A model generated the notes under the pieces. That model saw only the letters and a list, made by a program, of their open reading frames with translations. It did no database searches and was not told the origin of the DNA. A stretch of 64,000 nt of DNA, taken from the NCBI GenBank assembly GCA_963803435.1, contig CAWDML010000001.1:1888001-1952000 (forward strand), in the 5' to 3' direction. The position numbers were made by a program, and so were the translations under genes. The DNA is from an uncultured delta proteobacterium (GTDB lineage: Bacteria > Myxococcota > Kuafuiibacteriia > Kuafuiibacteriales > Kuafuiibacteriaceae). Positions 30,770 to 40,734 of the stretch are shown piece by piece (within the stretch, counting starts at the first letter, position 1; each line of letters starts with the position of its first letter).

Positions 30770-31701
30770 TGCAACGCCTCGTCTTCTTCGGCGTGGACGG
30801 ACCGTTCTCGGCGTTGCCGCTGGAGGCGCTGGTGCGCGGCGATCTGCCACCTCTCCTCGTCGTCCACGGGATGGAGAGGTCCAACGCGCTTCGACCCACG
30901 GTCGATCGCCACCGCGCGCGTCCCGGCCTGCTGGGCCGACTTCACGTGAAGACGAAGAGCCCGCTGATCGAAGAAGCGAACCATCTCGGCATCGACGTCA
31001 TCGACACCGACGACGCCAACTGCGCAGCGGTGATGTCCGCGATCGAAAAGCTGCGCCCTGACGCGTTCGTGATCGCCGGCTTTCCGCACCTGCTGTCGAA
31101 GGCGCTGCTCTCGCGGTTTCGCATCGGCGGTCTCAACCTCCATCCGGGGCGCCTGCCTGCCGAGCGCGGGGCCGCGCCCCTCTTCTGGGCCCTCAAGGCG
31201 GGCCGGACCACGATCGGCTGGACGCTCCACATGGTCGACGAGCGCGAGGATGCCGGCGACGTGGTGGCGTCCGGCGAGATCTCCTTCACGCCGGGCCTGG
31301 ACGGACAGCAGGTCCTCCGGCGCTGCGCCGAGGCGGCGCTCCCATACTTGATGAGATCGGTGCGGGCGCTCCTGGCCGGCGATCTGGTGCGGATCCCGCA
31401 GAGCCACGCCGGCGTGGGCCGCTGTCCTCGCCCCGCGTTCCAGGACGGGAAGATCGACGCCGGGCGCCCGGCCGAGGCGGTCTTCACGTTCGTGGGCGGA
31501 TGCGCCTCGGGCTACAGCGTGTTCGCCGAGTGCGGCGGCGACCGCTTCTTCATCAAGCGGCCGGTCTCGTACGACCCAAACGCCACGCTCGCGTTCGAAT
31601 ACGTGCTCACCGGCGATCGCCTGATCCTCCGCTGCAACCCGGGCGTGGTGGAGCTCGAGCTCAAGGAGGAGGGCGCGCTCTTCACCGCCGAGTACTCGTA
31701 G
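30769..31701 (+). CDS. formyltransferase family protein (Fmt/ArnA-N-like)
   Basis: NLHPGRLPAERGAAPLFW, GWTLHMV, EDAGD. Confidence 0.85.
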   Translation: MQRLVFFGVDGPFSALPLEALVRGDLPPLLVVHGMERSNALRPTVDRHRARPGLLGRLHVKTKSPLIEEANHLGIDVIDTDDANCAAVMSAIEKLRPDAFVIAGFPHLLSKALLSRFRIGGLNLHPGRLPAERGAAPLFWALKAGRTTIGWTLHMVDEREDAGDVVASGEISFTPGLDGQQVLRRCAEAALPYLMRSVRALLAGDLVRIPQSHAGVGRCPRPAFQDGKIDAGRPAEAVFTFVGGCASGYSVFAECGGDRFFIKRPVSYDPNATLAFEYVLTGDRLILRCNPGVVELELKEEGALFTAEYS

Positions 31702-31751
31702 AGCACTCTGGCGATAGGAATTGGCGGACATCTGTGCCAGCGTCCCGCCCG

Positions 31752-33200
31752 ATGTCGGAGGGTCGAGACCTCAGGAGCGAGCGGCGCGCGAAGATCATCT
31801 GCACGCTCGGTCCCTCGACGGACGATCAGGCCACGGTCGTAGCGCTGCTCGCCGCCGGCATGGACGCGGCGCGCTTGAACCTCAGCTACGGCGAGCTCTC
31901 GGAGCACGTGCAGCGGATCCGCCAAGTCCGCGTGCTGTCGAGCGAGGCCAACCGGCGCCCGGTCTCGGTGATCGTCGACCTGCCGGGCCGAAAGGTGCGG
32001 CTGGGACGGCTGTGCGACGGCAAGCTGTCGCTCGTCGAGCGGGAGGTGGTTCGGTTCGTACCGGATGAGGGACAGGCCGGCGACCGGAATGCCATGCCGG
32101 CCGATCGCGGCCTCTTCCACGAGAACATGATGAGCGGTGACCGCATCCTGCTGGGCTCAGGCGCCGCGGAGCTGGTGGTCACGCGCGTCGCCGACGGCGA
32201 CGTCACGGCCGAGGTCGTCTACGGTGGAACGATCCGCGAGCACGCAGGCGTGGATGCGCCGGGGATGCCGACCCGCGGCGGACCGATCACCGAGCACGAC
32301 CATCCGTACCTGAAGATGGCGGTGGCGGAGAAGGTCGACTACATCGGCGTCAGCGACATCTCCGACGGCGAGGACATCCTGCTGGTGAAGGAGCACCTCG
32401 ACGAGCTCGGCGCCAACATCCCCATCATCGCCAAGATCGAGCGGCCCGAGGCCTTCGCGCGCCTCGACGGGATCCTCCGCCGCGCCGACGCCGTGATGCT
32501 CCGGCGCGGCGATCTGGGCGCGCAGATCGAGCTGACGCGGGTGCCGCTGGTCCAGAAGGAGATCCTGCGTCTCGCCAACAATCGCGGGGTCCCGGTGATC
32601 ATCGCGACCCAGATGCTCGGATCGATGGTGAACGCGCCCCGGCCCACGCGCGCCGAGGCCTCCGACGTCTCGAACGCGATCGCCGACGGCGCCGACGGCG
32701 TCATGCTCAGCACCGAGACCGCGGTGGGCCGCTATCCCGTCGAGTCGGTGAAGATGATGGCAAGCATCATCAAGGAGACGGAGTCCGAGCGGCTGGTGCT
32801 CCACCGGAACATCGGCGCGGAGCAGTTCCCGTCGCCCTTCGCGGACACCACCGCCAAGATCGCGTGCACGGCCGCCAAGGAGACCCACGCCAAGCTGATC
32901 GCGTGCTTCACCGAGTCGGGACGGACCGCGCGACTGGTGGCGAAGTACCGCCCCGAGGTCCCCATCATCGCGTTCTGCTCCCAGCTCCACACCCGGCAGC
33001 GCCTGGCCATCAACTGGGGGGTCCGCAGCGACGAGATGGCGGCCATGTCCGAGGTCGAGACCATGGTCGCCCACGTGGAGAACCGGCTCCTGGAGCGGGA
33101 GCTGGTCCATCCGGGCGACCGGCTGGTGATCGTGTTCGGCGCGCCCGTCGGGGAGATGGGCCATACGAACTCCGTGCGCCTTCACGAGGTGGGCGAGTAA
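31752..33200 (+). CDS. pyk: pyruvate kinase (divergent)
   Basis: [46 protein letters not shown]. Confidence 0.93.
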   Translation: MSEGRDLRSERRAKIICTLGPSTDDQATVVALLAAGMDAARLNLSYGELSEHVQRIRQVRVLSSEANRRPVSVIVDLPGRKVRLGRLCDGKLSLVEREVVRFVPDEGQAGDRNAMPADRGLFHENMMSGDRILLGSGAAELVVTRVADGDVTAEVVYGGTIREHAGVDAPGMPTRGGPITEHDHPYLKMAVAEKVDYIGVSDISDGEDILLVKEHLDELGANIPIIAKIERPEAFARLDGILRRADAVMLRRGDLGAQIELTRVPLVQKEILRLANNRGVPVIIATQMLGSMVNAPRPTRAEASDVSNAIADGADGVMLSTETAVGRYPVESVKMMASIIKETESERLVLHRNIGAEQFPSPFADTTAKIACTAAKETHAKLIACFTESGRTARLVAKYRPEVPIIAFCSQLHTRQRLAINWGVRSDEMAAMSEVETMVAHVENRLLERELVHPGDRLVIVFGAPVGEMGHTNSVRLHEVGE

Positions 33201-33209
33201 AAGCCCGCA

Positions 33210-33238
33210 TTGCCGGGGTTCGACCGGCATGCTACCTC
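33210..33238 (+). promoter_or_regulatory. possible rpoZ promoter overlapping a hairpin
   Basis: TTGCCG-N17-TACCTC with TG extension; TGCCGG/CCGGCA stem. Confidence 0.3.
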
Positions 33239-33247
33239 ACCCCCCTC

Positions 33248-33553
33248 ATGGCACGCGTCACCGTCGAAGATTGCCTGGAGAACGTCACGAACCGCTTCGC
33301 GCTCGTGCTGCTCGCCACCCGCCGCACCCGGCAGCTCCTCAAGGGCGCCACGCCGCTGGTCGAGCACGCGAAGAACAAGGCGCCGGTGCTGGCGCTCCGC
33401 GAGATCGCCGCCGATCGGGTTCGCTTCGACAAGGACCTCAAGGAGATCATGGCGAGCACCCCGGCCGAGCTGAAGGCACGCTTCGGTGAGCCTCGCCGCA
33501 ATCGGTCCGACAGGGGCACCGCGCCGGTGTCCGGCTCGCCGCACTTCTTCTAA
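33248..33553 (+). CDS. rpoZ: RNA polymerase subunit omega
   Basis: [30 protein letters not shown]...VLALREIA. Confidence 0.97.
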   Translation: MARVTVEDCLENVTNRFALVLLATRRTRQLLKGATPLVEHAKNKAPVLALREIAADRVRFDKDLKEIMASTPAELKARFGEPRRNRSDRGTAPVSGSPHFF

Positions 33554-33621
33554 TTCCGCAGAGACTCCCACTCGCAGAAGCTACGGATTCTTTCCATTTC
33601 GGTGTTACGTTCCGAGGCAAC

Positions 33622-36600
33622 GTGCATCGGATCGGACTGTTTGCGCTCATCCTCGCGCTCGCTGCCTGCCAGGAACACCCCCCCGCCAACCTGAACCCGA
33701 AGGACGCCGCGATCGGGTCGGACGGGAGCACGGCAAATCTCGACGCGTCGGAGGACCTCGACGCCGCCGAGGCTGAGGACGGCAGCACGCCAATCGACGG
33801 CGCGATCGAAGAGGATGCGGGCGCCGCCGACGCCGGCGAGAACGACGACGCCGGCGACGCCGCCACGGGTGACGCGACGGTCGGTGATGCGGGCGGCGGC
33901 GACGCGACGATGATCGACGCCGGCGGCGGTGACGCGGGCGCGATCGACACCGGGATCCCGCCGGACTCCGGCGTGCTCCCCGACTCCGACGGCGACACGA
34001 TCTCGGATCCGGACGAAGGCGACGGCAACGTCGACACCGACGGCGACGGCACCCCCGACACGGCCGACCTCGACTCGGACGGCGACGGCATCCCGGACAG
34101 CGTCGAGGCCGGCGATACCGACCCGACCACGCCGCCCGTCGACAGCGACGGCGACGGCACGCCCGACTTCCAGGACGACGACAGCGACGGTGACGGCATC
34201 CTCGATCAGGTCGAGGGCACCGGCGATCCCGACGGCGACGGCATCCCGAGCTATCTCGACGTCGACAGCGACGGCGACACCATCGCCGACGAGGACGAGG
34301 GCACCGCCGATCCCGACGGCGATGGCATACCGAACTATCTCGACGACGACAGCGACGGCGACGGGATCTCCGATCGGATCGAGGCCGGCGACCTCGATGT
34401 GGTGAGCCGTCCGATCGACTTCGACTTCGACGGCGTCCCCAACTTCCTCGATCTGGACTCGGACGACGACACCATCTCCGACCAGGACGAGACCGCCGCC
34501 GACGACGACGGTGACGGCGCGCCCAACTACCTCGACATCGACTCCGACAACGACTCCGTGATCGACTACGACGAGGCGGGCGACACCGACCTCTCCACCC
34601 CGCCGGTCGACACGGACGGCGACGGACTCGAGGACTATCGGGACGTCGACTCCGACGGCGACACCATCGGCGATCTGGTCGAGCGCCTCGCTGACACCGA
34701 CGGGGACGGCACGCCCGATCGCCGCGACCTCGACTCCGACGGCGACGGCCTGCCCGACGCCCTCGAGGCCGGCGACGCCGACCTGGCCACTCCGCCGGTC
34801 GACACGGACGGCGACGGCCGAGCCGACTTCCTCGATCTCGACTCGGACGACGACGGTCTCGCAGACAACGTCGAGACCGGCTGTCCCGGGAGCACCGACC
34901 GCCTGCGGCCCGACTCGGATCTCGACGGCTTCGTCGATCCGGCCGAGCTCGCCTACGGCAGCGACCCCTGCAGCGCCGCCAGCGGGATCGACGACTTCTA
35001 CTTCGTCCTCCCGCCGCTCGGACCGCTCCAGACCGCGCCGCTCGTCTTCGACGACACCGGGATCGATCGCGCAGACCTCGCGATCAACGTCGACACTACC
35101 GGCTCGATGGGCGGCGAGATCGCGAACCTCCGCGCCTCGCTCTCCAACGTGATCATCCCCGGCGTGCAGGCCGCCGTCCCCGACCCCGCCTTCGCGGTGT
35201 CGTCGTTCGAGGACTATCCGATCGACCCCTTCGGAGACGCGCCCTCGGGCGACCGACCCTTCCGGCTGGGCACCCGCGCCACCACCGACGGTGCAGCTGC
35301 GCAGACCGCGGTCAACGGCCTGACCACCCGCAACGGGATCGACCTCCCCGAGGCGGGGATCGAATCCCTCTACCAGCTCGGCACGGGGGCCGGGACTGCC
35401 TGGACCGGGGGATCCGTCGCGCCGTTCGATCCGAGCCAGAACCTGATCCCCGGCGTCGCGGACGGCTCCATCGGAGGCGCCGGGTTCCGCAGCGACTCGC
35501 TCCCGATCATCGTGCACGTCACGGACGCCACCAGCCACGTCCGCGACGAGTACCTCGGCGTCGATCCGGGCATCACCGCCGCCAGCGTTTCGGCGGCGCG
35601 GCTGGCGCTCTCCTCGATCGGCGCTCGCGTCATCACGATCGCCAACGTCAATCTGCCGCGGCCCAGCGACTTCGCGATCACGGATCAATTCTTCACCGAC
35701 CAATGCGACGGGACCGGCGCCCGGTTCTTCGGCACGATCGCGCCCCCGACCGCGAGCGACGTCGATTGGTTCCTGCTGCAGGGCGCACAGGCCGGCGACG
35801 TGGTCTCCGTAGAGACGATGGCTCAGCCGCTGGGCTCGACGCTCGACTCCATGGTCGGCGTCTACGCGGGCGCCACCAGGCTCGCCTTCAACGACGACAT
35901 CAACCCGGGCGTGGCGACGGACTCGCAGCTCACTGTCACGCTCTCCGGTGCTGGACCGTTCTACGTCGCGATCACGTCCTGGGACAATCCCGACTTCAAC
36001 GGCTCCGGTGCCAACACCACCGGCTTTTACTTCGCCAACATCACCGTCAACGGCGCGGGTGCCACGCGCAGCCCGCGAGGCTGTCCCACGGCTGACGACG
36101 GGGGCAGCGCCGCCACCGCCACCGTGCTCAGCACCGTCCCCCTGGGGCCGCCGAACGGGGTCGCCCAGTGTCTGACGGAGTGTCGGGCCCAGCTCCAGGA
36201 CGAGCCGTTCCGCCTGCCCTACGGCATCTCGGAGCTCACCAACGCCGTCATCCCCGCGTGCGCCTGGGACGAGTTCGGAGCCGCGCGGCCGGCGGGCTGC
36301 GGCGCCGCCGAGTGCTGCACCGGTCTCTCGGGCACCGGCACGCCGCCCAACGCGGCCGGGATGTGTCCCCTCTCCTTCGAGATCGATGATCAGGGCACGG
36401 GGATCGACACCGCGGTGGTCGCCGGCATCGAGGCCCTGGTGAGCTACTCGACGTTCACCATCACCACGGTGACGCGTCCCGATCCGACGGCGTCGATCGA
36501 CACTACCTGCTTCATCCACGGCGTGATCCCACAGAGCGCCGTCACCCCGAGCGCGTGTGCACCGATTCCCAACACCGCCGATCTGATCCCGCCCTCACCG

Positions 36601-36822
36601 GAGCTCGACAGCTTCGAGAACGTGGTGCCCGGGACCATCCTCACCTTCACGGTCAATGCACGAAACATGAGCTCGGCGACCGGCTTCGCATGCGCTCCCG
36701 CCGCGAGCGGCCCTCAGCTGTTCCGCGCCTTCATCGACGTGGTGGCGGATGGTGTGACCGTGGTCGACACGCGCGACGTCATCATCATCGTTCCGCCCGC
36801 TCCGGTCGGCGGGTCGAACTGA
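33622..36822 (+). CDS. CglD-like lipoprotein adhesin: TSP3-type Ca-binding repeats, integrin-beta-like vWA domain, PPC-like insert
   Basis: Lipobox LAAC; many DxDGDG repeats; MIDAS DTTGSM; GIDLPE; VTDATSH; DVDWF...AFNDD. Confidence 0.8.
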   Translation: MHRIGLFALILALAACQEHPPANLNPKDAAIGSDGSTANLDASEDLDAAEAEDGSTPIDGAIEEDAGAADAGENDDAGDAATGDATVGDAGGGDATMIDAGGGDAGAIDTGIPPDSGVLPDSDGDTISDPDEGDGNVDTDGDGTPDTADLDSDGDGIPDSVEAGDTDPTTPPVDSDGDGTPDFQDDDSDGDGILDQVEGTGDPDGDGIPSYLDVDSDGDTIADEDEGTADPDGDGIPNYLDDDSDGDGISDRIEAGDLDVVSRPIDFDFDGVPNFLDLDSDDDTISDQDETAADDDGDGAPNYLDIDSDNDSVIDYDEAGDTDLSTPPVDTDGDGLEDYRDVDSDGDTIGDLVERLADTDGDGTPDRRDLDSDGDGLPDALEAGDADLATPPVDTDGDGRADFLDLDSDDDGLADNVETGCPGSTDRLRPDSDLDGFVDPAELAYGSDPCSAASGIDDFYFVLPPLGPLQTAPLVFDDTGIDRADLAINVDTTGSMGGEIANLRASLSNVIIPGVQAAVPDPAFAVSSFEDYPIDPFGDAPSGDRPFRLGTRATTDGAAAQTAVNGLTTRNGIDLPEAGIESLYQLGTGAGTAWTGGSVAPFDPSQNLIPGVADGSIGGAGFRSDSLPIIVHVTDATSHVRDEYLGVDPGITAASVSAARLALSSIGARVITIANVNLPRPSDFAITDQFFTDQCDGTGARFFGTIAPPTASDVDWFLLQGAQAGDVVSVETMAQPLGSTLDSMVGVYAGATRLAFNDDINPGVATDSQLTVTLSGAGPFYVAITSWDNPDFNGSGANTTGFYFANITVNGAGATRSPRGCPTADDGGSAATATVLSTVPLGPPNGVAQCLTECRAQLQDEPFRLPYGISELTNAVIPACAWDEFGAARPAGCGAAECCTGLSGTGTPPNAAGMCPLSFEIDDQGTGIDTAVVAGIEALVSYSTFTITTVTRPDPTASIDTTCFIHGVIPQSAVTPSACAPIPNTADLIPPSPELDSFENVVPGTILTFTVNARNMSSATGFACAPAASGPQLFRAFIDVVADGVTVVDTRDVIIIVPPAPVGGSN
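33980..34950 (+). repeat. thrombospondin type 3-like DxDxDG repeat array
   Basis: Repeated D(T/S)DGDG-PD-LD-DSDGDG units. Confidence 0.85.
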
Positions 36823-36905
36823 GAACCGCGGGTCGCGTAACCGCGGGGCCACAGCAGTTGGTCCGATGCGATTCGTCGAAGCGGTTTGATAGCTGATGAG
36901 GTCGA

Positions 36906-37952
36906 GTGAACTTCGTACGCTGGACTCTCCCCATCCTGTTCGTCTCCACCCTCGCGTGCGGCCCCGCCGAGACGGACGAGCTCGGCCTCGATGAATCGGC
37001 CGCGTCGCACGTGAACCAGGACCGGAGGTTCCTAATCGTGGCCGACGTGAACTGGGAGAACCTCCCGACCCCGGGCGAGGCGCCCTGTGCCGGCGAATAT
37101 CGCGACCTCATCTACTGGATGAAGGCTCGTCCCAGATCGCCCGACTTCGTGATCGTGCAGCAGGTGAGCGGCCAGGCTCAGGCGGATCATCTGGCGTCCG
37201 TGATGAGCGATCTGCTCGCCGGCCAGTGGCGCGCGATCGTCTCCGAAGCGAACCCGAAAGCGCAGCATTCGCCCTGCGGCGCCGCCAAGGCGCACCAGAC
37301 CAACGCGATCCTCTATCGCCCGGGCGCCTTCTCACCCGTGGGCTCCAAGGTCGTTTTCCAGACGTACACCGGCGACGGCCACGGCGGGGTCGTCCTGAAC
37401 AACCAGGCGCGGAGCAAGACCGTCGTTCAACGCTTCCGCGATCTCCGCTGGCCGACGGTCCGCACGGTCAGCATCGCGTCCACGCACTGGGCGACGAGCA
37501 AGTCGCACGGGACTCCCGAGAGCGCGCTCGCCAGCGTGAAGAGGGTGCACTCCAAGCTCACGGCCTCCGGGGGCTCGCTCCGGATCTGGGGCGGCGACAC
37601 CAACCGGACCGACCTGACGGATCCCACCCGCGCTTCGTCTCCGTTCCGGGACTGGTACCAGGCCGCGAACGGTGAGGTGTCCGCACACGCCAACGACGGG
37701 ACGAAGTTCAATTACCGCGACGCAGCCTATCGGGACTGCGGGGGCTCGAAGTCCTGTCTGATCCAGCGTCACGCCACGCTCTCGGGGCGACGGATCGACT
37801 TCCTCATGGGCACCAAATCGGGCGCGCTGCCGAAGATCGACGCCGTGCACACGGTCGGCTTCAGGGAGGCGGGGGACAAGCGGGGAAGCGGAGACGATCC
37901 GCGGCTTCCGTACTCGGATCATCGCGCCGTCGTCGCGCGCATCTGGTACTGA
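36906..37952 (+). CDS. endonuclease/exonuclease/phosphatase family lipoprotein
   Basis: Lipobox TLAC; STHW, GGDTN, RIDF, SDHRAV. Confidence 0.8.
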   Translation: MNFVRWTLPILFVSTLACGPAETDELGLDESAASHVNQDRRFLIVADVNWENLPTPGEAPCAGEYRDLIYWMKARPRSPDFVIVQQVSGQAQADHLASVMSDLLAGQWRAIVSEANPKAQHSPCGAAKAHQTNAILYRPGAFSPVGSKVVFQTYTGDGHGGVVLNNQARSKTVVQRFRDLRWPTVRTVSIASTHWATSKSHGTPESALASVKRVHSKLTASGGSLRIWGGDTNRTDLTDPTRASSPFRDWYQAANGEVSAHANDGTKFNYRDAAYRDCGGSKSCLIQRHATLSGRRIDFLMGTKSGALPKIDAVHTVGFREAGDKRGSGDDPRLPYSDHRAVVARIWY

Positions 37953-37984
37953 ATCACTGGCAGCACCCGAGCAGCGTCCACCTG

Positions 37985-38698
37985 TTACGCCACAAGCAAC
38001 TCGAACGCCGGCCGCGGGGATGCGTCCCTCCCCGTGAGCGCGCGCCACACGGCGCGTAGGATCGGGCTCTCGATCACCTCCATCCGATCGAGGTGCGCCG
38101 CGGTTGCCTTTTCCGTCTTCCTGAAGGCCACCGCCTCGGCGCGCCGGGCGCGCGCGAGCTCGGCCTCGAGGCTCTGGGCGTCGGGCGCGTAATGACGCGT
38201 GATCGCACGGCAGTAGAGGAGGTGGCGCGCTTCGTCCTTTGCCACCTCCGCAAACACGGCGCCGGTCTCCGGATCGTAGCGCCCGAAGAGCGGTCCGAAG
38301 AACGCGAACTGGACCACCGCCCGCTCCTCGAGCGCCTGGAGGAGGGCGAATGCGCGGACCACGTCCTCGATCGACGAGAGCGGGCGCGAGAAGAACCCGT
38401 CGCAGGCCACGTCGAGGTGCTCCAGAACCTTCAGCTCGTCCGGGAGCGCGCCGACGTCGACACCCTGGCGCCGGGCACACTCGCGGAACATCCGGCCATG
38501 ACGGATCTCATCGGACTGGTGGCGCTCGATCATCTTCCGGAAGCGCGGGTCGTCGACCCATTCGAGCGCCTGATCGAAGAGGACGGCCTCTCCGTTGTCC
38601 TCCGCCTCCGCCGTCTGGGCGAGGAGCAAGGCACGCCCTCGCGGGGTCCGAAGGATCGGCTTCATCATCGTCGTCGCCACCATCTGCTCGAGGTTCAT
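37985..38698 (-). CDS. ferritin-like di-iron protein
   Basis: E...DEIRH and LEER...DEARH di-iron pattern. Confidence 0.8.
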   Translation of the reverse strand: MNLEQMVATTMMKPILRTPRGRALLLAQTAEAEDNGEAVLFDQALEWVDDPRFRKMIERHQSDEIRHGRMFRECARRQGVDVGALPDELKVLEHLDVACDGFFSRPLSSIEDVVRAFALLQALEERAVVQFAFFGPLFGRYDPETGAVFAEVAKDEARHLLYCRAITRHYAPDAQSLEAELARARRAEAVAFRKTEKATAAHLDRMEVIESPILRAVWRALTGRDASPRPAFELLVA

Positions 38699-38719
38699 CT
38701 CGTCTCCGTTCTGTCCTAA

Positions 38720-38742
38720 TGACTATTTTAGTTTTCTGGTCA
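38720..38742. promoter_or_regulatory. putative TetR operator upstream of ferritin-like gene
   Basis: TGACT-N13(AT-rich)-GGTCA, within AATGAC...GTCATT. Confidence 0.7.
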
Positions 38743-38791
38743 TTCGTTGGCGTGCGTGTTCGTTTCCAGGCTGGTGTTCACCTCCTTCGGC

Positions 38792-39385
38792 TTACGCTCG
38801 GACCCGCAGCCCGTTCAGGACCAGGTCGAAGGCGGCCGTCTTTCGCCGCTCGAAGGCCTCTCCGCTCCCGCCGTCGCCCTCGCCCCAATCGTGGAGGACG
38901 AAGTAGGCGAGCTGGAGATCCAGGAGGATCTGGGCGACCGAGGGGACGTCGAGCGTGTCACGGAACAGGCCCTGCCGGATGCCGAGCGAGAGGATCTCCT
39001 CGACGTTGACCCTGGCGAGGGCCCTGAGCGCGTCCAGCTCCCGACCCCACTCGGGCATCAGGGCGTGGGCCTCTCCGAAGAGGAGGAGCCGCAGGAGCGG
39101 CCGGTCCAGGAGGTAGGCGATGGCGGCGTCGCTGGTGCGCTCGAGCAGGCGGTCGGCCGGGACCCGCAGGTCGATGGCCTGGGCAGCCGCCGCGATCCAG
39201 GCGCGCACCTCGCGGTTCAGGACCTGGTAGAACAGGTCGTTCTTGCTCTCGCAGGCGAGGTAGATGGTCCCCTTGGCGACGCCGGCCCGGCGGGCAATCT
39301 CGTCGATGGAGGCCTTCTTGAAGCCGAAGCGCGCGAACGCCCGGGCCGCCTCGACCAGGATGCTCTCTTTCTTGGTGGACTCCAC
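38792..39385 (-). CDS. TetR/AcrR family regulator
   Basis: ILVEAARAFARFGFKKASIDEIARRAGVAKGTIY. Confidence 0.95.
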   Translation of the reverse strand: MESTKKESILVEAARAFARFGFKKASIDEIARRAGVAKGTIYLACESKNDLFYQVLNREVRAWIAAAAQAIDLRVPADRLLERTSDAAIAYLLDRPLLRLLLFGEAHALMPEWGRELDALRALARVNVEEILSLGIRQGLFRDTLDVPSVAQILLDLQLAYFVLHDWGEGDGGSGEAFERRKTAAFDLVLNGLRVRA

Positions 39386-39427
39386 TGACCGTTTTTAATA
39401 TTTGGTCAGCCGCCGTGGAGGTGTCAA
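39386..39427 (-). promoter_or_regulatory. tetR promoter with autoregulatory operator
   Basis: Perfect TTGACA (39422-39427) and TGACC-N13-GGTCA (39386-39408) abutting the GTG start. Confidence 0.7.
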
Positions 39428-39438
39428 GCCCTCCGGCG

Positions 39439-40734
39439 TCAGGGGAGGAGCACGGTCCGAATCACGTTGTTGCCCGTGTCCGCCAGATAGAGACGGCCGC
39501 CGGCGAACGCGACGCCGAAGGGGAGCTTCAGCTTGGCCGACGTCGCCGGGCCGCCGTCCCCCTCGAACCCCTTCTGCCCGCATTGTCCGGCGACCGTGCG
39601 GATGGTCTGGTCCGGCGCGATCGCCCGGACGCAGTGGTTGTTGACGTCGGTGAAGAAGAGCGTGCCGTCGTCGCCCAGGGCGAGATCGACCGGCGTATCG
39701 AGCAGCGCGTCGCTCGCGGGGCCACCGTCGCCTGCGTAGCCGGCCTTGGGCACGCCGTCGACGGGAGGCTGACCGGCCAGGCGGTGCACAACCCCGTCGG
39801 TGTCGATCATTCGGATGAGGTTGTTGGAGGTGTCGGCGAAGTAGAGGTTGCCGGCGGGATCGAACACGATGCGACCGGCCGGGATCGCCGACTGGCCGAA
39901 CGGCTGCGCCATCCGCAGCTCGGACGCGGAGATCTCGTCGCCCGAGTAGCTGGGAGAGCAAGGCTTCTTGCAGAAGGTGGCTGGGTCGCCGCAGGTCCAC
40001 TTGCCGGAGGGACCGTTCGGACCCGCGGGGCACTGCACCGGCTCCACGCCCGCCCCACAGGGCCCGGGGCCCGCCGGCGCCGGCGCGTCGACCAGACAGC
40101 GGCCGGCGAGGAGGTGAATGTCGCCGGCGGCGTCCACGTACCGGAGCACCTGGTTGGCCTCGTCCATGATCACGAGGTTGCCATCGGGATCGAACGCGAG
40201 GCTCGCGGGAAGATCGAGCGAGGAGCTCAACGCCGGACCGTCATCACCGAAGTAGGCGCGCTTGCCGTCACCGCAGGTGTCGACCACCTCGCCGGTCGCG
40301 ATGTTCAAGGTGCGGACCTTGCTGTTGTGCCAGGCGGCGATGATGATGTTCTCTCCGCTGCGATCGAAGATGATGTTGGGCGGATGGTTGAAGTCACCGT
40401 TCGCCGGATCGTCCAGCGACCCGCCCAGCTCTCCTCGGCCTGCCACCCAGCTCAGCATCCCGTCGGCGTCGAGGTGTCGGATCCGATGGTTGTTCCAGTC
40501 GGAGATGTAGAGCGTCCCGTCAGGTGCCGGCAGGGTGTCCTGCGGCAGGCTCATCTTGGCCTCGAGCGCGACCAGCACGGTGGTGTCGGCGTTCGGGTCG
40601 TAGCCGTTCTCTCCGGTGCCGGCGATCGTGCAGATGTTCCCGGGAACCGTCGTGTCGCACTCCTTCTGCCCGTCACCGCAGCCGTAGCCGGCCAGCGCCC
40701 CCGGGATGAACAGCAGCATCCAGCGCTTCATCAT
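39439..40734 (-). CDS. NHL-repeat (teneurin-like beta-propeller) lipoprotein B
   Basis: MMKRWMLLFIPGALAGYGC; ICTIAGTG, YISDWNNHRIR, GDGGPA, YLADTGNNVIR. Confidence 0.85.
   Translation of the reverse strand: MMKRWMLLFIPGALAGYGCGDGQKECDTTVPGNICTIAGTGENGYDPNADTTVLVALEAKMSLPQDTLPAPDGTLYISDWNNHRIRHLDADGMLSWVAGRGELGGSLDDPANGDFNHPPNIIFDRSGENIIIAAWHNSKVRTLNIATGEVVDTCGDGKRAYFGDDGPALSSSLDLPASLAFDPDGNLVIMDEANQVLRYVDAAGDIHLLAGRCLVDAPAPAGPGPCGAGVEPVQCPAGPNGPSGKWTCGDPATFCKKPCSPSYSGDEISASELRMAQPFGQSAIPAGRIVFDPAGNLYFADTSNNLIRMIDTDGVVHRLAGQPPVDGVPKAGYAGDGGPASDALLDTPVDLALGDDGTLFFTDVNNHCVRAIAPDQTIRTVAGQCGQKGFEGDGGPATSAKLKLPFGVAFAGGRLYLADTGNNVIRTVLLP

Noticed and set aside
30305-34950. Repeats as a possible CRISPR array
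   Set aside because: All are in-frame coding repeats (PPPKA, 17-aa duplication, DxDGDG); there is no repeat-spacer structure and no cas gene.
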